A DNA stretch of 64,000 bases from Octopus bimaculoides (GCF_001194135.2 NC_068983.1:107285894-107349893); one strand, 5' to 3'; counted from the first letter of the stretch, positions 48,500-62,020 are shown. Notes: generated by a model from the sequence alone, not told the origin. Numbers and translations are program-made.

Positions 48500-49570
48500 T
48501 TGTGTTTAGTTGGTTAGGATTACCTCATAATTTTCTTGGATCAGTTGCTTCCTATCAGACTGCACTTTTGCTGCACGTGTTTCTTTCTCTCTTTCATTCT
48601 ATCAACTTTGACATTCCCCAAGGTTCTGCTTTGCTGCACCCACCAACTCTTTTCCTTCTATACAGCTATGACTTATTTGCCATCACATCTGACCACATCA
48701 ACACTTACACTGATGACACAACCCTTCATTTCCCCCTAAAAATCCTCAATAATACATCATTTGCCCACAACTTAGATGCTCATACCACACACAATCTGAT
48801 TCCATGAATAGAGATCTTGAATAGAGACCTTGCAATGGAGGATGCTTTCCAGGAAGAAAACACAAATGCTACTCATGTCGAGAAGACATCATTGCACCAC
48901 ACCAATCCATCCTTAATCATGAGCAGCTCTCAACTAGAACCCATCCCATCCTATGATCACTCCAAATATTGGGTTTTACTATCACTAAGGATATGTTATG
49001 GTAAAAGCCTATCCTTAACATAGTAGGACTGCTTCATTATGACCCTTTCTTCAGGGTCAGAAAATACTTCAACCTCTAACAATCATTGACCAATCATTGA
49101 CAAGCTCAGATGAAGCCCACATTGGTGCATTGCTCTCACATCTGGAATAGTATTGTTGCACACAGAGACACTCCAGACTGCATCCAGAAAGGGATAGATA
49201 AAAAGTCACTCACAAACACACTGCAGTCTTTGATCCACTCATCTGCTGCTTCCTCTCTCAGTTGGCTAGGCTCATGCTACCTCCACTCACACTTTTCTTT
49301 CTTCCTCGCTTTTCACTCTTCCTCACTTTTCTCTCTCCCTCTCTTTTTTCTCTTTTTTTTCTCTCTTTTCACTCATACTCTCTCTTCCTCTCTCTAACTA
49401 GTGTTCAGCCTTGTCAAGCCCTTAACTAATCACCACACTCTGTCCTTCTTTCCTAGAATGTTAGTCTTTGGAAATCTCTCTTTCTGCTAATGCCTTTCCT
49501 GAAGTTGTTGATTTGCAAAGGATCAAGAAGAACATTAATGGCATCTATTTCATGTGTCTAGGAAGTCCTG
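48500..49570 (+). mobile_element. Decayed CR1/L2/Jockey-group LINE, RT domain to 3' end
   Basis: IPQGSALLHPPTLFLLYSYDL...TYTDDTTLH (the GVPQGS and YADD motifs), MKPTLVHCSHIW and ANAFPEVVDLQRIKKNIN. Confidence 0.82.
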
Positions 49571-50340
49571 CCCTTCTTTCAGATCCAGCAAGGGAAAATA
49601 AAATGAAAAAAAAAAAAACCCTTGCGAATGCTTACAATTTATCTTGCAAGGCATAAAAATAAGCATACCTTGGTTTGAGAACCTTATACTACAGGATTGC
49701 TATAAGACAACAAATTTCTCTCAAACTACACCATACCAAAATAATATGACTTTATCAGGGCTGAAACACTTTTATCACAGGTTTGTTTGATTAAGGATAA
49801 CCTGGGGCTTGACAAATACAACCAGTCTTGAATATTCTCAATTATTTTCAACATGCAGCCAGCTACTCAAGATTAATTTCTTACAGAGGCAAAAGTCTAT
49901 AGTTCAAGGTGTTGATAAAATTGACCTTAATACATAACAAGTACTTAAAATATTGATCCTTGATGATGGAAAGGTTAATTCTACCCTGGCAAGATTTTGA
50001 AAGCTGTAACATGAATATGAACTTCAGTTATTTAACATCATTTAGTTACATGCTATGCTGTGTTAACTACTCACATCACATTTTGACATTGTAATTGTTA
50101 CTTTATGGTAAAATATTAAAAATAAAAATAGGTTCAAAACATGCATGGGTGAGTTGATTGGGTATTGGACAATTGACTGACAGATGAGTGGTTTCTATCT
50201 TGTGGCCATGATATTTGTTTCAGTGAATGAAACAAGTAAAAGAAAAAGATAAAAGATAAAAAATAATAAAATAAATAAATAAAACTCAAAATAGCGAGCC
50301 CTATATTGGGTAGGATAAAAACTAGGGAAGTAAGTAATAA

Positions 50341-50991
50341 TAGTTTCAAATTTTCATGCAACGCCAGCAGTTTCAGGTTGAGGGTTAAGTTGATTACACC
50401 GACACCAGTTCAACTGGTACTTGTTTTAATGACCCTGAAGGGATGAAAAGCAAAGATGATCGCATCAGAATTTGAACTAATGTCATGACATGAAATGCTG
50501 TGAAGCATTTTACTTGGTGTGCTAACAATTCTGCCAGCTTGCTGCCGTAGGGAAATAAATATTCCTTTCTACTATAGGCACAAGGCCTGAAATTGGGGCA
50601 GGGGACAGAGCTGGTAAATTACATCGACCCCTGTGTTCAATGGGTACTTATTTTACTGATACTGAAAGGATGAAAGGCAAAGTCAGCCTCAGCAGATTTT
50701 GAACTCAGAACGTCCATATGGGTCAAAATGCTGTCAAGCATTTTTCCAGCTTACCACCTTTAGGGAAGAAAATATTAGTTTCAAATTTTGGCATAAGGTC
50801 AATAATTTTAAAGAGAGGGGATAAATCGATTACATTGACCCCAGTGTTCAACTGGTACTTGTATTATCAATCCTGAGAGGATGAAAAACAAAGTTGACCT
50901 CGGTGGAATTTGAACTCAGAATGTAAAGACAGATGAAATGCCACTAAGCATTTTGCCTGGCATGCTAACGATTCTGCCAGCTCGTCGCCTT
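50341..50991 (-). mobile_element. Three stacked SINE family B copies (about 50342-50547, 50564-50760, 50777-50991)
   Basis: Each has the B core (CTGGTACTT...GATGAAAxGCAAAGT...TTTGAACT). They are separated and flanked by four copies of a TAGGGAA...AATATT-like motif. Confidence 0.9.
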
Positions 50992-51278
50992 TAGGGAAAT
51001 AAATAATATTGAAATCAATGAGCTCAAGTATTAACATTTAAACAAATAGATACCTCACTGTGTTGCAAAAATCTGTTTGTGCAGCGATTAGAAGCTGCAC
51101 ACTGAGTCAAACATTTTATCAATGCATAATTCCATAGAAATGAACTATACACGAGACGTAATATTTTTTTTATTAGTAGTCTGACTTCCTCCGATTGAAA
51201 AAGAATGGGATTTTAGATTTTGTTTATGAAAATTTTCATAGCTGGCCACATTATCTAAAGAATTCAAAAGTATCCCCA

Positions 51279-51740
51279 TCATCATATCATCATCATCGTC
51301 ATCATCATCGTCACCATCATCATCTTCATCATCATCATCATCATTATCATTATCATTAGCACTATCATCATCTTCATCATCATCTTCATCATCGTCGTCC
51401 TCATCATCATCGCTATCATCCTTATTATTGTCATGATCATCATCACCATCATCACCATCGTCATCATCACTGTCACCATAATTGTCGTCATCATTGTCGT
51501 TATCATCATCATCATCACTGTCATCATCATTTTAATGTCCGTTTTTTTCATGCTTGCATGAATCTGATGAAATTTGTTGAGGCCAGTTTTCTACAGCAGG
51601 ATGCTCTTGCTGTCACCAAGCCACACCGGTTTTCGAAGCAAAGGAATATTTCTCCCTGTATGGACATACTTTTATGGAAGATTGGAAATGAAAGACATGA
51701 TTTGTAATGATGGTGATGCTAGGTTACAACAAAGCCTCCC
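51279..51740 (-). repeat. Long imperfect (GAT)n/(ATC)n tract (51279-51533) forming the tail of a (GAT)n-tailed retroposon 3' end (51520-51740)
   Basis: The trinucleotide tract is read directly, and the adjoining sequence matches 4990-5118 in reverse complement. Confidence 0.8.
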
Positions 51741-51970
51741 CATGCACAAACACACACATATACATGCATGCACACACACAGGTATGTATGTATGTATTGA
51801 TGAATGTAAGTATATTTTTTTTGGCACTCCATCGCTTATGACGTCGAGGGTTCCAGTTGATCTGATCAACNNNNNNNNNNNNNNNNNNNNNNNNNNNNNN
51901 NNNNNNNNNNNNNNNNNNNNNNNNNNNNNNNNNNNNNNNNNNNNNNNNNNNNNNNNNNNNNNNNNNNNNN

Positions 51971-52006
<36 letters not shown>

Positions 52007-52889
52007 TGTTCATATATGTAAAATATGAGTAACAAAGATGTATAAGTGTCAAATCATTACAGCTGTTTCCAGGAACTCCTTTAATTGATCAATGAAAGCA
52101 TTACATCATAACAAAGAAAACCATTCTCATCAGATGACCACATAGACCACAGGCATAAAGGCCAAGTTAGATATTTAAACATATTCATATCATCAATACA
52201 GAGCAAATATTTACAATGATTCTGCTGCTAAATTTTTGGGCAGAATGAAAAAAGGGCAGTACAGTGACAGACAAGCCAGAAATTAGCATAGGCTAGAGTG
52301 GTGGGGAGGGATGAATGAGAATAGTAACCCTGTTAGCTACACATCAAAGACAATAGGGAGTTGTAAATTAATTTGTATCATGACAGACCATTCTTCTATC
52401 TGAGAAAATGGAACTTTACATAGGGCTATATTGAACACCAAAAGGGTAGGTCATGGGGCAGTAAACAAGAATGTCTGCTGGGGGAGTGGTGATAATGGAA
52501 AGAGAAGAGGTGATATGGATGGCCAATAAAGCTAATTTTGATTATTTTAAAGGGGAAGAGAAAGTGAACTTTAAGGATTATGGGTGGGAGATAAATTGAA
52601 GGAGTAAGTTTTTAACTTAGTTTACCTATACTATTAAAGCAAAATGTAAATATATAGATATATAAAGACTAGAAAGAATTTTCAGATATAACTAAATAAG
52701 GGGATAACATATAATTTAATATTTGATAATGTAAGGTTGCAGTGTATAATAAATTTTATGAGAAACATAGAAAATTATAAATTGCCACCAAATTTTTATG
52801 CTAATCAAACTTTGAAAATATAAATAAAAATTAAAATATAACCAAATATAAATGTAAAATATAATATGAGAAAATTTTTAAGACTATAT

Positions 52890-53140
52890 GTACGTATGTA
52901 AAAAGCACCATTTGAGTGTAGCTGATGCCAGTGCTGCCTACTGGCACCTGTGCCAGTGGCATGTAAAAAGAACCCACCACATTCTTGTAGTGGTTAGCAT
53001 TATGAAGGACGTCCAGCTGTAGAAACCTTGCCAAATCAAATTGGGGCCTGGTGCAGCCTTCTGGCATACCAGTTCTCAGTCAAATAGTCCAGCCCATGCC
53101 AGCATTAGAAAGGGGATATTAAATGATGATGATGATGATA
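52890..53140 (+). mobile_element. RTE-type 3'UTR copy
   Basis: AAAAGCACCATTTGAGTG...GTGCCAGTGGCATGTAAAAAGAACCC...GTGGTTAGCATTATGAAGGACGTCCAGCTGTAGAAAC...ATGATGATGATGAT. Confidence 0.82.
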
Positions 53141-53739
53141 ATATATATATATAAACATATATAGATGTATGCATGTATATACATATATATATACATATCA
53201 TCATCATCTAATATCTGTCTTCTATGCATGCATGGGTAGGATAGTTTTGGCAGGGTTTTTATAGCTGGATACCCTTCCTAACACATAACCACAGATACAT
53301 ACAGACAGACAGACATGTTCACACACACACACATGTATGCAAGGGGTATTTTTTTCAGTACTCACAGGGCTTGGTCAACCCAGGGCTAAAGTAGAAGGTA
53401 CTTACCTGACATGTCACACATAGCTCATAGCTGATATTATCAGATGCCATGAATGGCTCTTTTCCTGAACCAAGTAAGTATGACTTTTTGAGCAAGTCAT
53501 CTTTTCCAAAATGCAAGAGATCAAATTTTAGCCTTCTTTCACAGCATGTTGCCTCTGTACATTCATTGATTTATGGCATGCAGATCATGCTGCAGTTTTG
53601 TTAGTTCATCTTGTCCATTGATACAGTTTTAAAGCTTGGAGCAATCTTCGAATATTTGTATTTTAACGTGCGTGATGACATTTAAGATGTTGTTTATATA
53701 CCCTATTAAAAGAAATGCACTAATTGGAGTCTCTTAGAG

Positions 53740-54011
53740 CAGGGGTTTTCAAACTGTGGTCCGTGGACCACAGGTGGTCCGCAAGTACAAGACAGGGGGT
53801 CCGTGGACAGCAAATACTTTTTATGGGCAATTTGATTTTATATGTTATTTAATCAAAATCTTTTAATTGACAATAAACCTATTTGTTAAATACTGTTAAA
53901 TAAATAAATATAAGAATATATGTTATTTTAAGCAAATATTTATGTATAAATTTCATAAGCGTTTATAAGGGGCTCCCTAAGGTAAAGCCTGAAATATAAA
54001 GGGGACCCCTG
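53740..54011. mobile_element. Non-autonomous hAT element (Charlie-like end) with 8-bp target duplication
   Basis: TCTTAGAG|CAGGGGTTTTCAAACTGTGGTCC ... GGGGACCCCTG|TCTTAGAG; TSDs at 53732-53739 and 54012-54019. Confidence 0.85.
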
Positions 54012-54446
54012 TCTTAGAGGACACCTCTAGTAACTTTTGCTGGGCTTTAACGGATCCTATTGACTACTACATATTGGATTCTGCTCACCAAGAAATACCT
54101 GACCCAGTGCAGCATTTTTGCACAGATTCTAATGTTGGACAATTTGAACCCAAGCATGTCGTGGTCGACTCAGTAGAAAACTTGGGTGGAATTAGGATAT
54201 ATAACATCAGTGTATGAACCCTCTCCCACAATTTTTGGGAGGTCATCAAAATGATGTTGAAGATGTATTGTACAGTCTCTGTTTTTAGGAGATTGTTACT
54301 CTCTAGGAAATCAGTAATTCTTCATCTCATCACCTTTTCAAATACTTTGATGATATGAGGGTTAGTGAGATGAGTGATATTAACTGCAATTGACCTGTTT
54401 CTTTTTCATAAACTGGGTTTATGCATATTCCTATATGTACATACAT

Positions 54447-54502
<56 letters not shown>

Positions 54503-55425
54503 NNNNNNNNNNNNNNNNNNNNNNNNNNNNNNNNNNNNNNNNNNNNNNNNNNNNNNNNNNNNNNNNNNNNNNNNNNNNNNNNNNNNNNNNNNNNNNNNNN
54601 NNNNNNNNNNNNNNNNNNNNNNNNNNNNNNNNNNNNNNNNNNNNNNNNNNNNNNNNNNNNNNNNNNNNNNNNNNNNNNNNNNNNNNNNNNNNNNNNNNNN
54701 NNNNNNNNNNNNNNNNNNNNNNNNNNNNNNNNNNNNNNNNNNNNNNNNNNNNNNNNNNNNNNNNNNNNNNNNNNNNNNNNNNNNNNNNNNNNNNNNNNNN
54801 NNNNNNNNNNNNNNNNNNNNNNNNNNNNNNNNNNNNNNNNNNNNNNNNNNNNNNNNNNNNNNNNNNNNNNNNNNNNNNNNNNNNNNNNNNNNNNNNNNNN
54901 NNNNNNNNNNNNNNNNNNNNNNNNNNNNNNNNNNNNNNNNNNNNNNNNNNNNNNNNNNNNNNNNNNNNNNNNNNNNNNNNNNNNNNNNNNNNNNNNNNNN
55001 NNNNNNNNNNNNNNNNNNNNNNNNNNNNNNNNNNNNNNNNNNNNNNNNNNNNNNNNNNNNNNNNNNNNNNNNNNNNNNNNNNNNNNNNNNNNNNNNNNNN
55101 NNNNNNNNNNNNNNNNNNNNNNNNNNNNNNNNNNNNNNNNNNNNNNNNNNNNNNNNNNNNNNNNNNNNNNNNNNNNNNNNNNNNNNNNNNNNNNNNNNNN
55201 NNNNNNNNNNNNNNNNNNNNNNNNNNNNNNNNNNNNNNNNNNNNNNNNNNNNNNNNNNNNNNNNNNNNNNNNNNNNNNNNNNNNNNNNNNNNNNNNNNNN
55301 NNNNNNNNNNNNNNNNNNNNNNNNNNNNNNNNNNNNNNNNNNNNNNNNNNNNNNNNNNNNNNNNNNNNNNNNNNNNNNNNNNNNNNNNNNNNNNNNNNNN
55401 NNNNNNNNNNNNNNNNNNNNNNNNN
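54503..55425. other. Largest assembly gap, between (CA)n and (TA)n
   Basis: N run read directly. Other gaps start at 4817, 7130, 7834, 12153, 35467, 36920, 38852, 51871, 57863, 58479 and 60679. Confidence 0.99.
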
Positions 55426-55475
<50 letters not shown>

Positions 55476-56144
55476 TGTGTGTATGTGCTGTCCTAGTATT
55501 TATCCTTATTAGTGCAGCATCTATTCCACTTTTTCGTTGAAGCACCCAAAATATTGCTCCAGTTGATGTGTCATTCCAACTAACTGTATAAGCTTATCAC
55601 TGTTGTTTATTTATTTACTTATTTGGAATTTAATATAATTCTTGTGATTTTCAAACCTTCACTTATTGCCACCCTATAACTCATCTATTTTTGTTATTAT
55701 TGCCACATCTCTACCTCTACCAACTCTACCTACCCTTCCTACCAAAATCTTCTAGCAAATCTCCCTAGTGAAATAATTATCCATCACATTGGAACCATGT
55801 CCCTCTGAAACTTCTTGAATGCAATGCTTTCCTTGCAGAGGTCAACTTATAGAAGTTCCAACTAATCACCAATCAATAGTCAAAAGCAGGTTAATATGTT
55901 TAGTGTTGTGTGCCAAAAAGAATTTTTAGTCAATTCATAGTTAACCTGTAATGTATAAAAACTCATAAGCATTAATGACAATTATAACCAGGTAGGCAAG
56001 GGAGAGAACTCTGAAATTTAAATTGATTAAAACTGAGTCAGCTTGACCAGTGTGCAAGAGCTCTTCCTCCATATCTTAAGCGAAAAAGCTCTGACCTTAA
56101 ACTGAAAGTATATATTGGTGGATGCAGGCATGGCTGAGTGGTTA

Positions 56145-56480
56145 AAAGGGATTTTTTCAATCAGGAGGTACTGGAGATTAACCATTTTGGGTAGCATCTT
56201 TGCCAATGATTTTTACTATAGCCTTAACTTGATCCAAGCGTAAAATTGTGTAGACAGAAACTGTAAGGAAACCTGTCAGAGAGTTTGTCTTTGTAATTCA
56301 AAGTTCTAGCCTTGTTTTACTCACTGTCAAACTCATTAGGCCTGTGAATTATTGTAAGGGTACATATGTCCGTAGAATACTCAGCTACTTAGCCACTAAT
56401 TTAACAAGTATATACTTGAGTTGATTGAACAACTGAATATTCCTTGCCATCTCTGATCAAGGATTCATCATTAACTTATG
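56145..56480 (+). mobile_element. Decayed chimeric SINE: family A head and core joined to a family E2-type tail
   Basis: GGCATGGCTGAGTGGT...TACTATAGCC...TAGACAGAAACTG (A-type) is followed by GTAATTCAAAG...GCCTTGT...TAAGGGTACATATGTC...CTCAGCTACTT, which matches the reverse complement of 59340-59460. Confidence 0.55.
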
Positions 56481-56544
56481 CTAGAAGTAAACACAGCCTC
56501 CATCATTTGAAAATATGATATGCAATATAGTTAAATAGTTATCA

Positions 56545-56920
56545 TATTGGGAAAAATGCTTAATGGCATTTTACCTGTTATTACATCCTGAGTTCAAATT
56601 CTGCTAAAGTAAACTTTGCCTTTCATCCTTCTAGGGTTAATGAAATAAGTACCAGTTGAGTGCTGGGGTTGACATAACTGACTTACACATTCCCCAAAAA
56701 TTACCTGCCTTGAGCCAAAATTTGAAACCAATAAAGGTAAATAGTCTTCAATGCTTAATGAGCTGCTGATTGTCCATCTTTACGTTCTGAGTTCAAATTT
56801 TGCTGGGATTGGCTTGGCCTTTCATCCTTTTGGGGATCAATAAAATATGTACCAGTTGAACACTGGAGTTGATGTAATTGACTTACCTTCTCTCCCAAAC
56901 GTGCCAAAATTTGAAACCAA
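56545..56920 (+). mobile_element. Two tandem 5'-truncated SINE family B copies
   Basis: The cores CTGAGTTCAAATT...GCCTTTCATCCT...GTACCAGTTGA...CCAAAATTTGAAACCAAT occur twice (ending about 56731 and 56921). Confidence 0.85.
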
Positions 56921-57739
56921 TATTTATGATACCAAGTTAAAATTAGGAACTAGACCTGAAGTTCTCAAGAGATACTGGGAAGGATTATTATCTAGAACTG
57001 TAGTCTTTAGTAAGAATTATGAATGAATAATTCAGTTACCTTCAAGCATAAAACTTCCCTCCCCTCACCATTATTATTTTTGTCAACATATTCATTGTTG
57101 TTATCAGTATAACTTCCTTTTTGTCTTCATCATCATCTATTATCATAACAGTTCTCTGCCTTTTACTCTTAATCCACCTTCTCATCACCATCATCACCAT
57201 CATCATCACATCATAACTTTTGTCATGAAGCGACAAAGACAAATCTATATTATAGCTGAATCTGCTCAAAATAGCAACCAAATTTTCCCAAATCATATAT
57301 CTTACCATTTTAATGAAGGAAGGACAATGTTGTCCTACATATTCAAAAAGTGGCAATTGTTGCTACTTGAATGAACACCTTTGATCAATCAGGAATTAGG
57401 TTGGTCTTAACAACAACAACATCAACAATAGCACTACTACTTCGTCAATGAATAGTGAAAGAATTCAATTTCTTATGAAGATCTAAGAAACCACTATATG
57501 GTAAAGAAGGATCTGGACTGAGTGATTTAAACAAGCATACTCCTGAATGTACCAAAAATAAATAGATAGATAGATAAATAAATTAATTAATTAAATAAAT
57601 TATGGTGAAGGTGATGATAATAATAATAATAATAATAATGGAATACTAATACAACGTCCATTACTTAATATTGGCGTAAACCTGTCTTAGGCAAAAGAAT
57701 ATTAAATATCATAAATGTGCACACTATGTATGTATGTAC

Positions 57740-57770
<31 letters not shown>

Positions 57771-58135
57771 TCTATCTATCTATCTACCTATCTATCTATC
57801 TATCTATCTATCTATGTATATATATATAGATATATATATGTATGTATATATATATATATATANNNNNNNNNNNNNNNNNNNNNNNNNNNNNNNNNNNNNN
57901 NNNNNNNNTTTATATATATATATATATATATATACATACATACGCACACAAACACATACATACATACACATGTATATATAAGCAATTGTATGTATTACTA
58001 TATATTGAAGTGATGGACTCATACAAGTGCATATGTCTGTTTGTGTGCAAATGTGAGTACAAGCATTTCAACCTAATACATTCATGTGCTAGATGTAAAT
58101 AAATATACATATATTTATATACACACACACACATT

Positions 58136-58183
<48 letters not shown>

Positions 58184-58424
58184 TGCATATATATATAAAT
58201 ACACATATGCACACACACATACACATGCACACGAAAGTACATACCCATACACACTCCATGAATAATTTATATATTATTGTTACAAATTACAAGATTAGCA
58301 AGTCACAGGGGACCAGTTTAAACATAATACTACCATTTTTCCGAATAATATTAAATATGCATTCCCTAACGGCTGTATTTCCATCAACAGTTTACCTTCA
58401 CCAATATAAACACAAGCACACACA

Positions 58425-58478
<54 letters not shown>

Positions 58479-58543
58479 NNNNNNNNNNNNNNNNNNNNNN
58501 NNNNNNNNNNNNNNNNNNNNNNNNNNNNNNNNNNNNNNNNNNN

Positions 58544-58592
<49 letters not shown>

Positions 58593-59008
58593 CCTACATA
58601 TAGAAGTGCATATATATTTATATATTTATATATATATATGTGCATGTATATATGTATATGTGTGTGAATGAGTATATAGATTTATATATGTACCAACATA
58701 CTCATAAAAATACTCACATGTTAATATTCACAAGAAGTATAAACACACCAACTTATAAATACATATTCACACCAATAGACAGCAAAGTAAAATAATTTGT
58801 TTGTTTGTTGACTTCTTCGTTTCTTTTCTTTCTCTTCTTCCACATGTAATGATAATTTGTTAATGTTACTAGACTGTTTATCTTTCAAACTAAGCTGTCT
58901 ACTAATATAAAATGGACATTGTATGAAATAACTGTATATTCTAATATTCTAATTTTAACAATAGTTTTAGTTCTGTCTTATCTCTAGCTTCCAATATTAT
59001 GTATTATC

Positions 59009-59074
<66 letters not shown>

Positions 59075-59279
59075 TATGTATGTATGTGTGTGTGTGTTTC
59101 TGATGGTTTAAATGTCCTGCTTCCATCCACCTATCCAGGCATACAAAGCAGAAGGTGTCAATTGTTATTGCTGTTGTTTCTCTCAATGGAAGTACCATTG
59201 TGTGCTTGCATGTTACATGTTACACATAGCACCATTGTTACATGTTGTGGTATTTTATTTACTTTATTTTACTTTATTG

Positions 59280-60121
59280 ACACTCCATCATCTATGATAA
59301 TGATGGTTTCAGCTGATCTGATCAATAGAACTGTCTGCTTGTGAAACTAACGTGCAAGTGGCTGAGCACTCCATAGACATGCATACATTTAGTGTAAGTT
59401 CTCAGGGAGATTCAGCCTGACACAGAATGTAATAAGGTTGGCCCTTTGAAATAGAGGTACTACTAATTTTTGCCAGCTGATTGAACTGGAGCAATGTGAA
59501 ATAAAGTGTCTTGCTCAAAGACACAATGTGCTACCGAGAATTGAACTCATTAAACTCATTAGACCCTTGTTTATGACTGTGCTGAATACCCCAACACTAT
59601 GCCACATGCCTTCACAGGTATTTTATACTTACATACATTTATGCACAAACTTACATATGCATATACACTGTCTCTCTCTCTCACACACACACACATACAC
59701 ACAGACATACATGCTTACAAACACATGATGATGGCTCTTGACCTGCTCTCATATATGAGTATGTTACTCACCCTTCTTGTTGCCTGTCATGGACTGCAAC
59801 ACTCCATCAGTTAATACAACGAGTGTTCCACTTTATCTGATCAACAGAACGGCCTGCTTGTGAGATTAATGTACAAGTGGCTGAGCACTTCACAGGCACA
59901 CATACCCTTAACATAGTTCTCAACGAGATTCAGCATGATACGGAATGTGATAAGGCTGGCCCTTTGAATAACAGGTACAACTCATTTTTACCAGCTGAGT
60001 GGACTGGAGTAACATGAAATAAAGAGTCTTGCTCAAGGACACAATGCACCACTGGGAAGTGAACTCATGACCATTAGATCATGAGCTGAATAGCCTGACC
60101 ACTAAGCCACATGCTTTCACT
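59280..60121 (-). mobile_element. Two SINE family E copies with the E2 tail (about 59280-59615 and 59800-60121)
   Basis: Shared CAAGTGGCTGAGCACT...TAAGGyTGGCCCTTTGAA...CCAGCTGA-TGGACTGGAG...CTTGCTCAA-GACACAATG. Another E2 tail starts at about 51820-51870 and is cut by a gap. Confidence 0.85.
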
Positions 60122-60481
60122 ATTTGTCATGAACCATCATATTGACAAACATACACCAGCATAGCAAGAACAAAATTTCAACTCGTAGACACAGACCGCA
60201 CTTAAGTAGAGGGTGTAGCTGTATAAGCATCCAAAGCACTATGTCCATTCTTGATTACTATCCAAAATTAAAGTAAATTATGGGAATGGTGGTATTTCAT
60301 TATTGCAGGCATGTGTCATACCCCCAAAACAAATTGCTACAATGATAAGTCAACCATCTATTTGTGATTCGAAGAAATTCAAGTTCTTACTTGTATTGGC
60401 AATAAAATGAAAACAAAAATACCAAACACATGTGCAATGCAAGCACCCTTTCTAAATAAGCAACAAGCAGAAGTGGCTCTA

Positions 60482-60853
60482 GGCACAGCAGTGGCTGTGT
60501 GGCAAGTAGCTTGCTTACCAGCCACATGGTTTTGGGTTCAGTCCCACTGCGTGGCACCTTGGGCAAGTGTCTTCTACTATAGCCTCAGGCCAACCAAAGC
60601 CTTGTGAGTGGATTTGGTAGACGGAAACTGAAAGAAGCCTGTCGTATATATGTATATATATATATATGTATATATATANNNNNNNNNNNNNNNNNNNNNN
60701 NNNNNNNNNNNNNNNNNNNNNNNNNNNNNNNNNNNNNNNNNNNNNNNNNNNNNNNNNNNNNNNNNNNNNNNNNNNNNNNNNNNNNNNNNNNNNNNNNNNN
60801 NNNNNNNNNNNNNNNNNNNNNNNNNNNNNNNNNNNNNNNNNNNNNNNNNNNNN

Positions 60854-60898
<45 letters not shown>

Positions 60899-61110
60899 TT
60901 GTGTGTTTGTGTGTCTGTGTTTGTCACCCCACCATCGCTTGACAGCCGATGCTGGTGTGTTTACGTCCCCGTAACCTAGCGGTTCGGCACAAGAGACTGA
61001 TAGAATAAGTACTAGATTTACAAAGAATATGTCCTGGGGTCGATTTGCTCGACTAAAGGCGGTGCTCCAGCATGGCCGCAGTCAAATGACTGAAACAAGT
61101 AAAAGAGTAA
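60482..61110 (+). mobile_element. SINE family A, full length, with internal microsatellite and gap
   Basis: A-box-like GTGGCTGTGTGG and B-box-like GGTTCAGTCCC, core, internal (TA)n-gap-(TG)n, and 3' part ending CTGAAACAAGTAAAAGAG. Confidence 0.92.
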
Positions 61111-62020
61111 GCAAAGAAAAGAAAGAATAAAAGAAGCCAAAAAACAAACAAACAAAAAAATCTCAAAGAAATGCAAAATGACCATGGGCTATAAACACTA
61201 CAGATTTCATATGAGAGTATCTCCTTTTATATGTACTTAAATACATTTATAAATATGCTAATACATTCACATTCGTGTATATACACTATTGGATGGTAGT
61301 AGACACTCCTGCATTCATTCATCATTAGATTTTATTTTTAATCCCACTGGGTGTTTAAAATCCAACCCTCTCCACCAAGGCTTCTTGGTGGATTTGCCAG
61401 TTTAATCAACAACAACATAAACATGAAAAGATTATAATGTAACATAGTCATCTGACACTGCAGTGACATACAAGCAAATTTGATTATATATGTATTGCAA
61501 GATACACATAAGATGATAATTTATTTTCAAATGCAGAAATGCTGTATAATAGCAGAAATATTGGGTATATTACCCTTACAAAGCAGAAAAAAATTGTCAA
61601 CAACCAGCCATGGGTCTCAAACCCACATCCCTTCAAGACTCCTGCCAAGTGCTTTACCATGACAAATTAATCTGTGTTTGAAATTAAATTATCATCTTAT
61701 TTAGATCTTGCAATACACATTTCAGCACTTATAAAAAAAACAAAAAACAAAAGTTAGTTTATATTTATATACATGTAGTTATATATATATATGTAAAACA
61801 AATAATAAATGAGTATATGCATATATACGTACAGGTATGTGCATACCTACGTCTACCTGTATATATAGGTGCATATCTGGGTACAGGACATTGCAAACAA
61901 AACGTAGACAAAATAATAATAACCAGAGTACAGAAAACACACAAGCCACATAGAGAACATTTTCCTTCATCAGCTACCCCCATTTTAACACTGGCACATA
62001 CATACATACATACATACATA

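Noticed and set aside
51282-51551. Met-rich ORF
   Set aside because: It is the translation of the (GAT)n tail tract.
54012-54215. Stop-free plus frame of about 68 codons (LTDPIDYYILDSAHQEIPDPVQHF...)
   Set aside because: No start codon, weak splice signals and no recognisable homology. It lies beside a transposon insertion.
54374-55545. Longest ORFs in the track (363-388 aa); likewise 7728-8449 and 60577-60979
   Set aside because: They consist of N-gap residues and dinucleotide repeats, so they are artefacts.
60482-60560. Possible tRNA gene
   Set aside because: A/B boxes are present but I see no cloverleaf, and it continues into the SINE body. The same applies to the other SINE heads.
61930-61990. 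CTGATGA on the minus strand suggesting a hammerhead
   Set aside because: No stem II followed by GAAA downstream.
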